Source: Octopus sinensis (Eukaryota). From it: a stretch of DNA of 64,000 nt. Made by a program: the position numbers and the translations under genes. Positions 1 to 11,465 of this stretch are shown piece by piece. The DNA is taken from assembly GCF_006345805.1 (NCBI RefSeq), contig NC_043005.1:64480001-64544000 (forward strand), given 5' to 3'. Within the stretch, counting starts at the first letter, position 1. Each line of letters opens with the position of its first letter. The notes under the pieces are model-generated. The model was not told the origin of the DNA and did no database searches. It was given only the letters and a program-made list of their open reading frames with translations.

Positions 1-668
1 TAACGGATAAGAAGGAAAGACCCACTTCCAACATCTGAAAAGTAATGGAAACACCCACCAACAAAAATGAACATCTCACACCATTTTCATGGTCATTACA
101 TATACTAGACCTCACCATCATCGAGCACCATTCCTTGCAAACACTCATATTACATGGTAACAACTCCTCAAAAAGCTTAGGGAAGATCTACAAGAAATAA
201 TGTTCCCACCACATCTAGGATATCCTAGACTGTATACAAAGAAAGGTCACCTGACTGATATGCAATCACCAATATACATACTGAAGCCTCTGGATCACAG
301 ATATTCTGTCTCCATTAATTCTTAAGGTTATCTCTGCAGATATTCTATTGAAATTATAACAAGCATATAACAAAAACCAGTGCTGGCTATATTGTAGAGA
401 TAACCTATGTAAAGCACACTGCTAACTTAGAACATGGTACTGACTTTTAAAAATGTTTAATACACTCGACAAAATATTATGGTTGCATAAAAAATGCTGT
501 GTCCTTACAAGTTAATAATATCTATCTCAATTCTCTTTTCAGCCACTATTATAGTGCCCTCTTCTCCTTGGAGGTGGCCAATCCCATTGCCACTCAGCTA
601 CCCCTAAGTTACACATATCTCCTTTCAGCATGCATATTGTGTCCACTTTACTGGCCCTGCACGAACTA

Positions 669-1224
669 TTGGGTTGTCCAGAAAGTTCATGCCAATTTAT
701 AGTAGCTTACCTTTCGACTTACTTTAGAACATGGTTGAGTCCATAAAATAGGGTTTAACTATACCTCCATTTAGAGCACAGTTTAAGCTATCTTTTCGTG
801 GAAGAAGGTTTATGTTCATATAACCTGTGTTAATTCTGTAACACTTTAAAAGAAAGTTCATTTTCGGCACTTGATGCTTTGGGAACCAGACAAAAATTGC
901 TGCAGCTCGGTTGGGATGTATTACCCCACCCTCCATATTCACCAGATATTGCTCCTTCAGATTTCCACTTATTCAGGTCTCTGCAGAATAGTCTTAATGG
1001 TAAAAATTTCAATTCCTTGGATGACTTAAAAAGATACCTTGATGAATTGTTTGCCAAGAAACCACCTCAGTTCTTGGAAGAGGGTATTTTCAAGTTAAAG
1101 GAAAGATGGAGACGCATTGTGCAACGAAATGGTTCATATTTGGTTGATTAAAAATGTAATGGCAAGTATTTATTGAGCTTTTTCTTTCCTTTAAAAATCG
1201 GTATGAAATTTCCGGACAACCCAA
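669..1224 (+). mobile_element. Non-autonomous mariner, internal-deletion derivative of 556 bp
   Basis: TA|TTGGGTTGTCCAGAAAGTTCATGCC ... GGTATGAAATTTCCGGACAACCCAA|TA terminal inverted repeats with TA duplication. ORF 879-1151 carries the mariner motif LPHPPYSPDIAPSDFHLF. Confidence 0.92.
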
Positions 1225-1385
1225 TACTATATCTAGTCCTTCCTTCTCAGAATGCACCATTTTGGAATCCCCCTTGTGATCTTCTATTTGCGCATTCCTC
1301 TTGGAGGGACTGCAAAGTTCATAGGCACAAAACCTTCCAAGAAACCAATAAAAACGAAGTTGAATATGAAAACAATGTTTCTTAC

Positions 1386-1691
1386 CTTTAATAAATGTAT
1401 CAAATTCCAAAGGTGTGATAGCTCCAGAAGCAATGGCAATCTTGATTGTGAGGAGAAGAGTAAACAGAAACTTATCTCGTTCATACAGACCACGGCAGGT
1501 GTATGAGAATATCTTGAAGGTAAAGTGTTCGATAATGTTCATTATACGTTTAGATGTGACCGGTGACTTGGCAGATTTCTTAATGGAGTAATCAAAGATT
1601 CCCAGGAACTGTTTCAGTGATGTTTGGTACATCACATTCACTAAACTCATTTCCACAATGACAAAGTAAGCAATACTGCCTTGTGATGCAA
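1386..1691 (-). CDS. DNAH5: Dynein heavy chain exon 16 (AAA5 lid, towards AAA6); gene continues beyond the window
   Basis: (V)ASQGSIAYF...[14 protein letters not shown]...[15 protein letters not shown]...EFDTFIK(G); ttacag/gtaaga; 306 nt, phase 1 to 1. Confidence 0.95.
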
Positions 1692-1791
1692 CTGTAAAGT
1701 AATAAATAATATTGAATAGCTGTAAGTATGATATTGCATGGACACATAAATACTTAAATATAATTGTATTTTTGTGTATGTATATCATCAT

Positions 1792-1796
<5 letters not shown>

Positions 1797-1872
<76 letters not shown>
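1797..1872. repeat. (TA)n microsatellite (representative)
   Basis: Similar tracts at 2066-2103, 10275-10311, 29905-29961, 32184-32245, 32848-32916, 37460-37505, 37877-38020 and 42822-42873. Confidence 0.95.
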
Positions 1873-1874
<2 letters not shown>

Positions 1875-2060
1875 GGAAGGTTTACAAAAATAAAGAAAAG
1901 ACGAAGGCAGGTGGAGTACAAACAAACAACTGTATTAGTATGGCTCTCAGGAATAGAAATAAAACAAGTCTCTTGTGTTTCGAGCCTACGCTCTTCAACA
2001 GAAAGATACACAGAAAAGAAACAAGGAGAGAAAAAAATGCGTGTAGGAGCTAACGGTCCA
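1872..2060 (-). mobile_element. Penelope-like pseudo-LTR fragment with hammerhead-like motif
   Basis: Abuts (TA)n. Minus strand 1969-2006 reads TCTTT CTGTTGA A GAGC-GTAG-GCTC GAAAC ACA AGAGA. Confidence 0.55.
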
Positions 2061-2063
2061 ACA

Positions 2064-2105
<42 letters not shown>

Positions 2106-2138
2106 CATGGAGAACGGACGTTAAACGACGATATATAT

Positions 2139-2181
<43 letters not shown>

Positions 2182-2410
2182 TGATGGAATATTATTCCAA
2201 ACTTATAGGGAAAAATTCAATTTAGAAATACTAAAACAAATTTTACATTTCTTAAATATAGCCACGAAACACGTGTTGTTATTCCACCAAATATATAAGT
2301 TTTATTTATTATTTTGCACATAATCATTGTTATATGTTTTATCTTATATTTAATCTTTCTATAATATGTAATTTTAGGTTTCCCTCTAATGAGTGAGGTT
2401 ATTAATTTAC

Positions 2411-2654
2411 CTGGCCGGAATTCTTCTCTGGCAGCATTTATCATGATTTCTGTTTCTGCTGCAACCCTTAGCTTTTCTGCAATATCTGCTGCTGTAGTTT
2501 TAGTATTCTCCAACACCTGTATCAGAGATTCATCTTCAACAAGGGAACCTTCTGTAGATGTCAACTGGTGGAGTAAGGCATCCTCTAATTCCTGGATTTT
2601 ACGCTTATTTGATGTAACTTCTTCCAGCATTTTTGTCCTTTCACTTTCTAATTC
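2411..2654 (-). CDS. DNAH5: Dynein heavy chain exon 15 (strut/buttress)
   Basis: [28 protein letters not shown]...[10 protein letters not shown]...[10 protein letters not shown](V); ttccag/gtaaat; 244 nt, phase 0 to 1. Confidence 0.95.
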
Positions 2655-3144
2655 CTGGAAACAGGTGATGTGAAATTAAAAGAAATTTATTTAACTTGAA
2701 CACAGCATTCTATAATCAGATGTTTTACTAATATCTAAATTATTTTATCTCGTTCAATACAGTATTCAAATTTTATTTCAATCTTGAATCTAACTTACTT
2801 TTAATTGCTTCAAACAAAAATGTCTACCAGTCCCCTGACAATGTACCTCCCATTATACTCAAGTACTACTGCCCAGAACATGCTCCTACACTCACCATAC
2901 TAATTGATCTTTCACTTTCTACTGAGAATTACTCAATCATTTGGAAGCATGCTGCAGCCATTAACAATGGTGTTCTCCTACACCTTGAAACTTTATCTCT
3001 CTTTTCAGTGACCACCATTATGGCTTCTGCAGAGCCAGATCTATTGGAGACCAACCCTCTAACATCACTCACCACTAGATTCTCACTTTAGAGAAGTTTG
3101 GCAAAAACAATTTTGTTGCTCTAAATAATCAACAACCTAAACAA

Positions 3145-3314
3145 GCGCAGGAGTGGCTGTGTGGTAAGTAGCTTGCTAACCAACCACATGGTTCCGGGTT
3201 CAGTCCCACTGCGTGGCATCTTGGGCAAGTGTCTTCTGCTATAGCCCCGGGGTGACCAATGCCTTGTGAGTGGACTTGGTAGATGGAAACTGAAAGAAAC
3301 CTGTCGTATATATG

Positions 3315-3345
<31 letters not shown>

Positions 3346-3565
3346 TTGTGTGTCTGTGTTTGTCCCCCTAGCATTGCTCGAAAACCGATGCTGGTGTGTT
3401 TACGGCCCCGTCACTTAGCGGTTTGGCAAAAAAGAGACTGATAGAATAAGTACTGGGCTTACAAAGAATAAGTCCCGGGGTCGATTTGCTCGACTAAAGG
3501 CGGTGCTCCAGCATGGCCGCAGTCAAATGACTGAAACAAGTAAAAGAGTAAAGAGTAAAGAGTAA
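3145..3565 (+). mobile_element. tRNA-derived SINE family A, full length, with internal (TA)/(TG)n and (GAGTAAA)n tail
   Basis: A-box-like TGGCTGTGTGGT, B-box-like GGTTCAGTCCC; near-identical copies across the window. Confidence 0.85.
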
Positions 3566-4812
3566 GCATTGACTGTGTCTGGCATACAAATCTCCAATCA
3601 CAACTGTTCTCCTACAGGCCTTATCCATTTTCCCTCTCTTGAATTGGTAGCTCCCAGTCTGATCACACTATTGTGGTTTCTGTTGATGTAGTTCTTTCCG
3701 TTCCATTCTCAATCAACTCTGATAGTGCCAACAGTTCAGATTTATTCCTCATTCTCTTTCTTCCATACATCAACGACTTTATTGTCACTTCATCCAACAA
3801 TCCCTACTCTTATGCATATGACATAACCTTTCATTCCCTTCTAGCAGCAAAAAACAATACAAGCACTGCTTATACTAAGAAGAAACTCTACCTCATCCCC
3901 TCTAAACATAAGCAGCACTAGGCTAAAGCTCTCACAGTTACAGCAAATGCTGGGTTATACTCTCATAGGGGAACTGCTCAAATGAAAGCTAATCCTTCAT
4001 ATAACCATGTCCACATCCCAAAGATTAGCCCTCTTCCTCAGGGCCAAAAAATATTTCAGCTTCCACCAGCTGCTGACACTCTACAAGTAAAGTAATTTGT
4101 GATTTTTCAGTTCCAGTTTGTAATTATTCTGTTTCACTCCCAATTTCCTTTCTAGAAAGTGGTAAACTAATAAGAAATTATTTGTCTCTTCAAGGAAATA
4201 AAAGCTACAAAGTACTAGTTCTAAAACTGTTCCCTTCATTACCCTTAAACAAATGTGCTGCAAAGCCAATCCCTATCCTCACCTAACACTCCATTCTCTT
4301 TCTTCTTTACCAGGATTTATTCCGATCCTTGGAAACATACAATATTGTAACCTATTCTCAAGACAAACAACCCCTCTGACCTTGCAAATTATTAACAGTT
4401 CCAATCTGTCATAAATAACTACATTCTCCACTATCTTCAGTCTCTCTCCCTACTTAATGCATATGGGTATAGTTTCCACAAAGACAGGTCCATTGCTGTC
4501 CTATGTCCTTGAGAGTTCTGATAAAAATAGTGTTATTGTATTTGACTAAGTTTGACATATGAATCTCCTACACAGACAATACCACAAAAACATAAAGATT
4601 CCAAGAATTTAGACCTCACAAACGGTCCCCTATAGAGCCATGCAAATTCTTGCTTCCAACAGCAGAAAGAATCAATCACTATGCATAGTAAGAAAATAAT
4701 ATCATACCTGGTACTGCTAAACATGGCCAGCATGACACTAGGACCCTCAAGGATGCTACAAATGTTACGACTCACAACTACTGAGGATCACTACTGTTGG
4801 TTTCAGGTTTAA

Positions 4813-5006
4813 CCCTTTCGTTACAGTATTTATTTTGAGATGTTCTGTGATTCTTTCAATTGATTTTAAATATAACAAAGAATTTAGTAAAATAACTTAT
4901 TTATCATGACTAAAGTTGGTGAAAGATTTTAATTCAAAACTTATGAAAACAAAACATTTGTACTACAGAGCCAGAGGCGGTTTCAGCCGGGTTGGTATCG
5001 GAAGGG
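4813..5006. mobile_element. piggyBac-like MITE
   Basis: TTAA|CCCTTTCGTTAC ... GTATCGGAAGGG|TTAA. Confidence 0.8.
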
Positions 5007-5487
5007 TTAAAACTGTGTCAAAATGACTGGTTTTCTTCTTTATAGCAAGACCATGCTTCAGCTGTCAACAGCTATTAACCCATTACAAAATTCAATTGTG
5101 ATCCATAATGGAATACTGCTTCTATATCTAGGATATTGCTGCTGTTGTTGCACATAGGATATCTCTATATCCTATGTTGCATCAGCACAAAATATCATCA
5201 AATTGTACTCTCCAGTACAGTGCAGCTTTTTTCCTCGTGGTTGAAACATCTTGTTGCTTATTCTATCACTTCTACAGGTATACCTGCTTCATAATCTTGT
5301 ACCACTTATACCGAAGCACACCTGAGTCATTCCACTCTCTTCCCATACTTTGTTCACCACTCAAACACTACACTAATCACTTCACACAATTCTTAATCCC
5401 CAAAACATCATTTCTCTAGAAGTCACTCTGCTGGCCATGTTGTAGCTCTTTAAGAGGAACAATAACCACATCAATCTCACAGGTCTT

Positions 5488-5941
5488 TTTTCTTATTTCT
5501 TTATTGCCCACAAGGGGCTAAACATAGAGGGGACAAACAAGGACAGACAAAGGGATTAAGTCGATTACATCGACCCCAGTGCGTAACTGGTACTTACTTT
5601 ATTGACCCTGAAAGGATGAAAGGCAAAGTCAACCTCGGCGGAATTTGAACTCAGAACGTAACAGTAGACAAAATACTGCTAAGCATTTTGCCCAGCGTGC
5701 TAACATTTTTTATTTCTTTATTGCCCACAAGGGGCTAAACATAGAAGGTTCAAACAAGGAGCGACAAAGGGATTAAGTCGATTACATTGACCCCAGTGCA
5801 TAACTGGTATTTACTTTATCGACCCTAAAGGATGAAAGGCAAAGTCGATCTCGGCGGAATTTGAACTCAGAACGTAACAATGACGAAATACTGCTAAGCA
5901 TTTTGCCCGGCATGCTAACGTTTTTGCTAGCTCGCCACCTT
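5488..5941 (-). mobile_element. tRNA-derived SINE family B, head-to-tail dimer
   Basis: Two units with B-box GAGTTCAAATTCC; a single 15-bp TSD aatctcacaggtctt at 5473-5487 and 5942-5956. Confidence 0.85.
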
Positions 5942-7025
5942 AATCTCACAGGTCTTGGCAGACACAGTCCTTTCCTCCAGAGACCAATTCATTAAAAGTT
6001 ACTGTCACACAGGACATAAAACATTTCACATTACAAATCTCTTGCTTTTATTATAAATCTGATATTGCCATCAAAACTCTGCTGTAAATCAATAATTTGT
6101 TATTGAACAATGATTGATTGGTTCAATTTAATAACTCAGAAATCAGAAATAAAACACTAATGTGATACTCTCAATGCATCAAACATAGATACTAATGCCA
6201 TTAATGATATCTCTTTCTGCTCCAATATCCATTGAGAAAACATTACCTCAACCCTGTAAACAAATAAAATAACCACCTGCTCTTAAGTGATTCTACTACA
6301 TTCAGTGGTCAGTTGTGTCTCCCCCTTCTGCTCCTTTCCTGATTGGTTAGTTGATCCATTAAGAAATCATTATATTTATCAAGGCATAGCTGGGTGGTAT
6401 GAAGTTTGCTTCCCAACCACATGGTTCCAGGTTCACTTCCGCCGTGTGAGAGCATGCTGGGTAGAAATGCTTAGCACCATTTCATTTGTCCTCATGTTCT
6501 TGAGTTCAAATTCCACCAAGGTTGACATTACCTTTCATCCTTTCAATGTCAATAAAATAAGTACCAGTTGAGTACTGGGGTTGAGGTAATTGACATACCT
6601 CCTCCCCTGAAATTGCTGGCCTTGTGCTGAAACTTGAAACTAATATTTATGTTTCTAAGATCAATAGTGTCGGTGGTGTAGTAAGGATTCTCAGTACCCA
6701 AAATCAAAAAGATTTTTGGTTCCTGATTTTAATTAACAAGAACTGTAAACCAGAGGACGTTTGCATTCCTTCACACTTGCACCTAGGGTGACTGTGTCCC
6801 TTACCTCCATCCATAAATAAATAGCTATATTTTCTGATTTGATGACATATATCACAATTCTCACCTGTAAATTGATCCAATTGAGTTCAGATTAATGAGG
6901 GATTGGATGTTGTAAAATTCATTCTTTTTTTTCCCCCACAAAAACAGCAGCTTAAAGGGAAGTGAAACATTTCCCTAAATACAATCACATGCACTCAGTG
7001 CAAAATAAAAAGGAAATAAGTTTAC

Positions 7026-7208
7026 CTGTTTCTCTTTTACGATAACTATGCTAAGAAGCTGGTCTTCGAGTCCTTTTAAAGTAACAGTGAAATCAATAAT
7101 AGAGGAGCGGGCAGAAATTTCAGGGGTATATGCAGGATTTGACAATTTGGTAGTGATGTACAGGCGAAAGTATTTGTCATAGTCTACTTCTTTGTCACCA
7201 ATTTTCAC
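7026..7208 (-). CDS. DNAH5: Dynein heavy chain exon 14 (AAA5)
   Basis: [52 protein letters not shown]...KEKQ; ttccag/gtaaac; 183 nt. Confidence 0.95.
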
Positions 7209-8074
7209 CTGGAATTAAGCATTGAATTATGGTTAGTCCACATTATTCTTTAAGGACCATACAGCCAGTTTCATCGCTTCCCTGGCATATTATTTACAGA
7301 CAGGACACCAGATTGTTGCAGAGTTATAGTATACATCATGTTTATTAAGGGTAGAAAAAATTGACACAATGGATTAGAATCATTGCAATATTTAATCCCA
7401 CCTATTTGGCATCACTGATTCAATGTTGATTTATTTGACATCAGGCATTTAGCCTCCAAGACCTTTTGGTACCATGAAAATTTTGACTTTTATTCTGGTT
7501 GACAAATGTATATGCTGGCTGATGAAATATTGATGAAACATGGAAAAGGAAACCTTTCTCACAATGTACACTGTAGTTATTTCTTCTTGACCCATGGTAT
7601 GTTCTATAGAATACTCATCAAAGATCCCTATAATTATTTATTTAATACAATGTAGTAAATGTAAATTTTTAAATTTGAGCAAACTTTGGCATTCCAGACA
7701 CTAGACATCATTCTTGCTGGTAGGTGTTCTTTATTATTTTCTGTTTTTTTTTAGTTTCTCATAAAATACTCCATACCTTTTATAATTGTAACCTGAAGTT
7801 GATGCTTAGATATTTAGCCTTGATAGAAATATATATGAAGATAAGCTTTCTGAAGATAGAAATGAAGTTGAAAATATATTTGATAGCAATGAATCCTACT
7901 TGACACTGGTGTTTGGAGATGCTGTCACTGAATGAAACAAAAAAAATTAATATGTTGTGGCTTGTTCAACAATATAATCTACACAAATGTACAAGAACTC
8001 ACAAGAACTTATTTGTTTCAGTTTTATAAGTCTTAAGCAATCACACTTACACTTAAATATACAAAGAAAACTTA

Positions 8075-8491
8075 TAGTGTTCAAAGTAAGGGAGGATAAA
8101 TGTGAATCTTTCTTGACAAAAATAAAGTACTTAGGACAGGTGATCGATGAAAACGGACGAAAGCCAGATCCTTCTAGGATCGACGCGATAAAAAAAAATG
8201 CCAGCTCTCACTAACAAAACAACACTACAAGCATTTTTAGGTTTGGTAAGTTATTACCAGTTTTACATACCTAAAATGTATGAGCTAAGAGCTCCGTTGA
8301 ATAAGTTGCTAAAGAAGGACTCAAAATGGGGCTGGACAAACGAATGTCAGAAATCATTTGAGGAATTAAAAAAGTGGTTAACATCAGAGTTATCATTAAC
8401 TCATTTCGACCCAAATCTGAAAGTAATTGTGGCATCGGATGCCAGTGAATATAGTATAGGAGCTGTGATATTGCATAAATTTAAAGACTAA
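8075..8491 (+). mobile_element. Ty3/Gypsy pol fragment (RT thumb, connection and start of RNase H), frameshifted
   Basis: KCESFLTKIKYLGQVIDENGRKPDPSRIDAIK / LQAFLGLVSYYQFYIP...LTHFDPNLKVIVASDASEYSIGAVILH. Confidence 0.85.
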
Positions 8492-9301
8492 TTCTAAGAC
8501 TAGTTCTAAGATTAATATCTCAGTAATGAATGTACCTCTCTTGATACAGGTTTTAAATTCAAATCATGTTACAACTAATGTTTTAATCTAAATGATTTTC
8601 TCTAAAGCGATATCTGTAAATACAGAAAGATAACCAAGAGGCTGTTTGCTTTTATTACTGCAAATACGTTTGGCACTCAGCTTAAAAATTAATATTAAAA
8701 CAGCAGGTCACATATTAATCTAAATTTATTTGAATTATTTTTATGTAAGTTCTAAAATCAGTATAGTTTTGGACACACTAGATAACCTTGTAAACTTAAA
8801 CAGCACCTAAAAATAATTCCACAAATATCAGCGACAATAGTAACAAAAGAGATTTGTCCTATATTAGCTAAGACAGCATGTCAGTTAGCTCAATAGCAAT
8901 TTTGAAAATCAGAGGATTAATTTAGTTTATCAGGAGCCCTGCTAAAAGTCAAGTTGTATGCATAAAGAATGTCTCCATGAGTCAACCACCTGAGTAATTA
9001 ACACTTGTAAGCAGCACATTACATTGTTTCGTTAGGTAAATATAAACAGCAGTAGTAATGTCAACAGAGAGCAAAAGAAAAGCAAGCAGCAGATCTATGT
9101 AAATACAACTAACAAGACAGCGAACGGAGTTGAAGATAAATCATGTTACAATTGATTTATATTACGTAATTAATATTCAAACTTAAATGATCAGTCTCTA
9201 AAGCAATTTCTGCTAAAGTGTAAAGACAGCATATAGGCCACTCCCATTAATGCAAATATGGAAATGTGATTCCTACTTATAATAAGTACAAATTTGTGGA
9301 T

Positions 9302-9711
9302 GCAGGAGTGGCTGTGTGGTAAGTAGCTTGCTAACCAACCACATGGTTCCGGGTTCAGTCCCACTGCATGGCATCTTGGGCAAGTGTCTTCTGCTATAGC
9401 CACGGGCCGACCAATGCCTTGTGAGTGGATTTGGTAGACGGAAACTGGAAAAAGCCTGTTGTATATATGTATATATATATATATGTATGTGTGTTTGTGT
9501 GTCGGTGTTTGTCCCCCTAGCATTGCTTGACAACCGATGCTGGTGTGTTTACGTCCCTGTAACTTAGCGGTTCGGCAAAAGAGACCGATAGAATAAGTAC
9601 TGGGCTTACAAAGAATAAGTCCCGGGGTCGATTTGCTCGACTAAAGGCGGTGCTCCAGCATGGCCGCAGTCAAATGACTGAAACAATTAAAAGAGAAAAG
9701 AGAAAAAGAGT
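9302..9711 (+). mobile_element. SINE family A
   Basis: High identity to 3145-3565. Confidence 0.85.
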
Positions 9712-10044
9712 ATGTGCATGTGTATGAATGCATATTTATATAGTACTCAGCAGGCGTTCCCTTTCACTTTATGATATAAATTTATACATACACACACACA
9801 CATAAATATACGCATACATACACACACACCCACAGACTTAGGAATGGATCAGAAGTAAAGAAGCTTGCTCTCCATCATATGATTTTTGAGTTCAATTCTA
9901 CTGCATGACAATTTGAGTAAATGTCTTATACTAAAGCTACAGGTCAACATAAGCCTTATGGGTAGATTAGAGAAATAGAAAGCCCATAAGGCCAGTTTCC
10001 TGGTTTCCATGGCATATATATATTCCCCTCTGGGACAGAAAAGG

Positions 10045-10270
10045 ATATTCTTTTATTCTTTTACTTGTTTCAGTTATTTGACTGCAGCCATGCTGGAGCA
10101 CTGCCTTTAGTCGAACAAATCAACCCCAGGACTTATTCTTTGTAAGCCTGGTACTTATTCTATCAGTCTCTTTTGTTGAACTGTTAAGTCACAGGGACAT
10201 AAGCACACCATCATCAGTTGTCAAGCAATGGTGCAGGGGCAAACATAGACACAAACACAAATATATACAT

Positions 10271-10315
<45 letters not shown>

Positions 10316-10489
10316 TAAAACGGTAAGATAACAAAAGAAATAAAGAGACCTCAATATTATGTAAATAGAGGAAATTTATCTATACAATAATATGTTACAT
10401 TACTCGATAGTCAAGATAAAACTCTGGATTCCCACTTCGGCATCTGAAACTCAGAGTTTTATTTTGACTATCGAGTAATGTAACATATT

Positions 10490-10540
<51 letters not shown>

Positions 10541-10645
10541 GATGGGCTTCCTTCAGTTTCCAAATCCACTGAGGCTACAGTAGAAGACACTTGCCCAAGA
10601 TGCCATGCAGTGGGACTGAATTCAGCTACTTACCACACAACCATG
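10045..10645 (-). mobile_element. SINE family A, split by an insert in its internal (TA)n
   Basis: 3' half 10045-10260, 5' half 10539-10645, hairpin-bearing insert between. Confidence 0.8.
10381..10497. repeat. Hairpin with 46-bp arms (45/46 identical) and a 25-nt loop
   Basis: 10381-10426 versus 10452-10497. Confidence 0.85.
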
Positions 10646-10874
10646 AGAATATATTTATTATAATTAACTTTAGGGTAATGATAACTAATATATTAGTATA
10701 CAGAAGTAGAGAATTAAAGTGGATTTGAACTCTGAACTAAATTTGAACCCAAAACAGTAAAATCAAAAATCAGAACAATGAAACCCAAATTCCTGCCCAC
10801 TATTACTGTTTCGGACAAAAAGGTCTTTGACCAAAGATCACAATCCAGTGGAACTAAATGTTACTTAAACCTAC

Positions 10875-11030
10875 CTTGTAATTGGTACCAATTTTGATAA
10901 CATTTTTTTCTAGGATGTTATCCAATGCTGGGTCAAGTTCTTCTTCTATATCTTCAATCAATAATGGTCGACCAGCAGACAAACTATCTTCTAGGTGGGT
11001 TCGAAAGTATTTGTGATTCAGAGAAGTAAT
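10875..11030 (-). CDS. DNAH5: Dynein heavy chain exon 13 (AAA5)
   Basis: Manual translation [52 protein letters not shown]; caacag/gtaggt; 156 nt. Confidence 0.95.
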
Positions 11031-11134
11031 CTGTTGGAAAGTAGATGGCAGTGCTAGATAAGCAGTATGGTAATACCTTGTTAGTCATCATACAAGTTTT
11101 AAGTAGTGTGCATGCATGTGTGTTGATAATACCT

Positions 11135-11376
11135 GTTTCTTTACTACCCACAAGGGGCTAAACACAGAGGGGACGAACAAGGACAGACAAATGGATTAAG
11201 TCGATTATATCAACCCTAGTGCGTAACTGGTACTTATTTAATTGACCCCGAAAGGATGACAGGCAAAGTCAACCTCGGCAGAATTTGAACTCAGAACGTA
11301 GTGGCAGACGAAATACCGATAAGCATTTCGCCCGGTGCGCTAACAATTCTGCCAGCTCGCCGCCTTTTTCTATAAG
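11135..11376 (-). mobile_element. SINE family B
   Basis: 17-bp TSD gtgtgttgataatacct at 11118-11134 and 11377-11393. Confidence 0.88.
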
Positions 11377-11465
11377 GTGTGTTGATAATACCTTAGAGAA
11401 GAATTATTGTCCAGACCTGAAAGTTAGCCAAGAATTCTTAAGGAAGGTACTTGGAGTACACTTAC

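Noticed and set aside
1712-2066. ORFs rich in IYIYIY, HTHT, CVCV or MYVC (also near 25.6, 28.8, 32.7, 37.4-38.0 and 49.8-50.2 kb)
   Set aside because: They are translations of microsatellites that happen to lack stop codons
3145-3220. tRNA-like A/B boxes at the SINE heads
   Set aside because: No complete cloverleaf or acceptor stem, and each continues into a SINE body; not called as tRNA genes
3129-3374. Recurrent ORF MLGGQT...AEDTCPRCHAVGLNPEPCGW seen in many places
   Set aside because: It is the antisense frame of SINE family A, not a gene family
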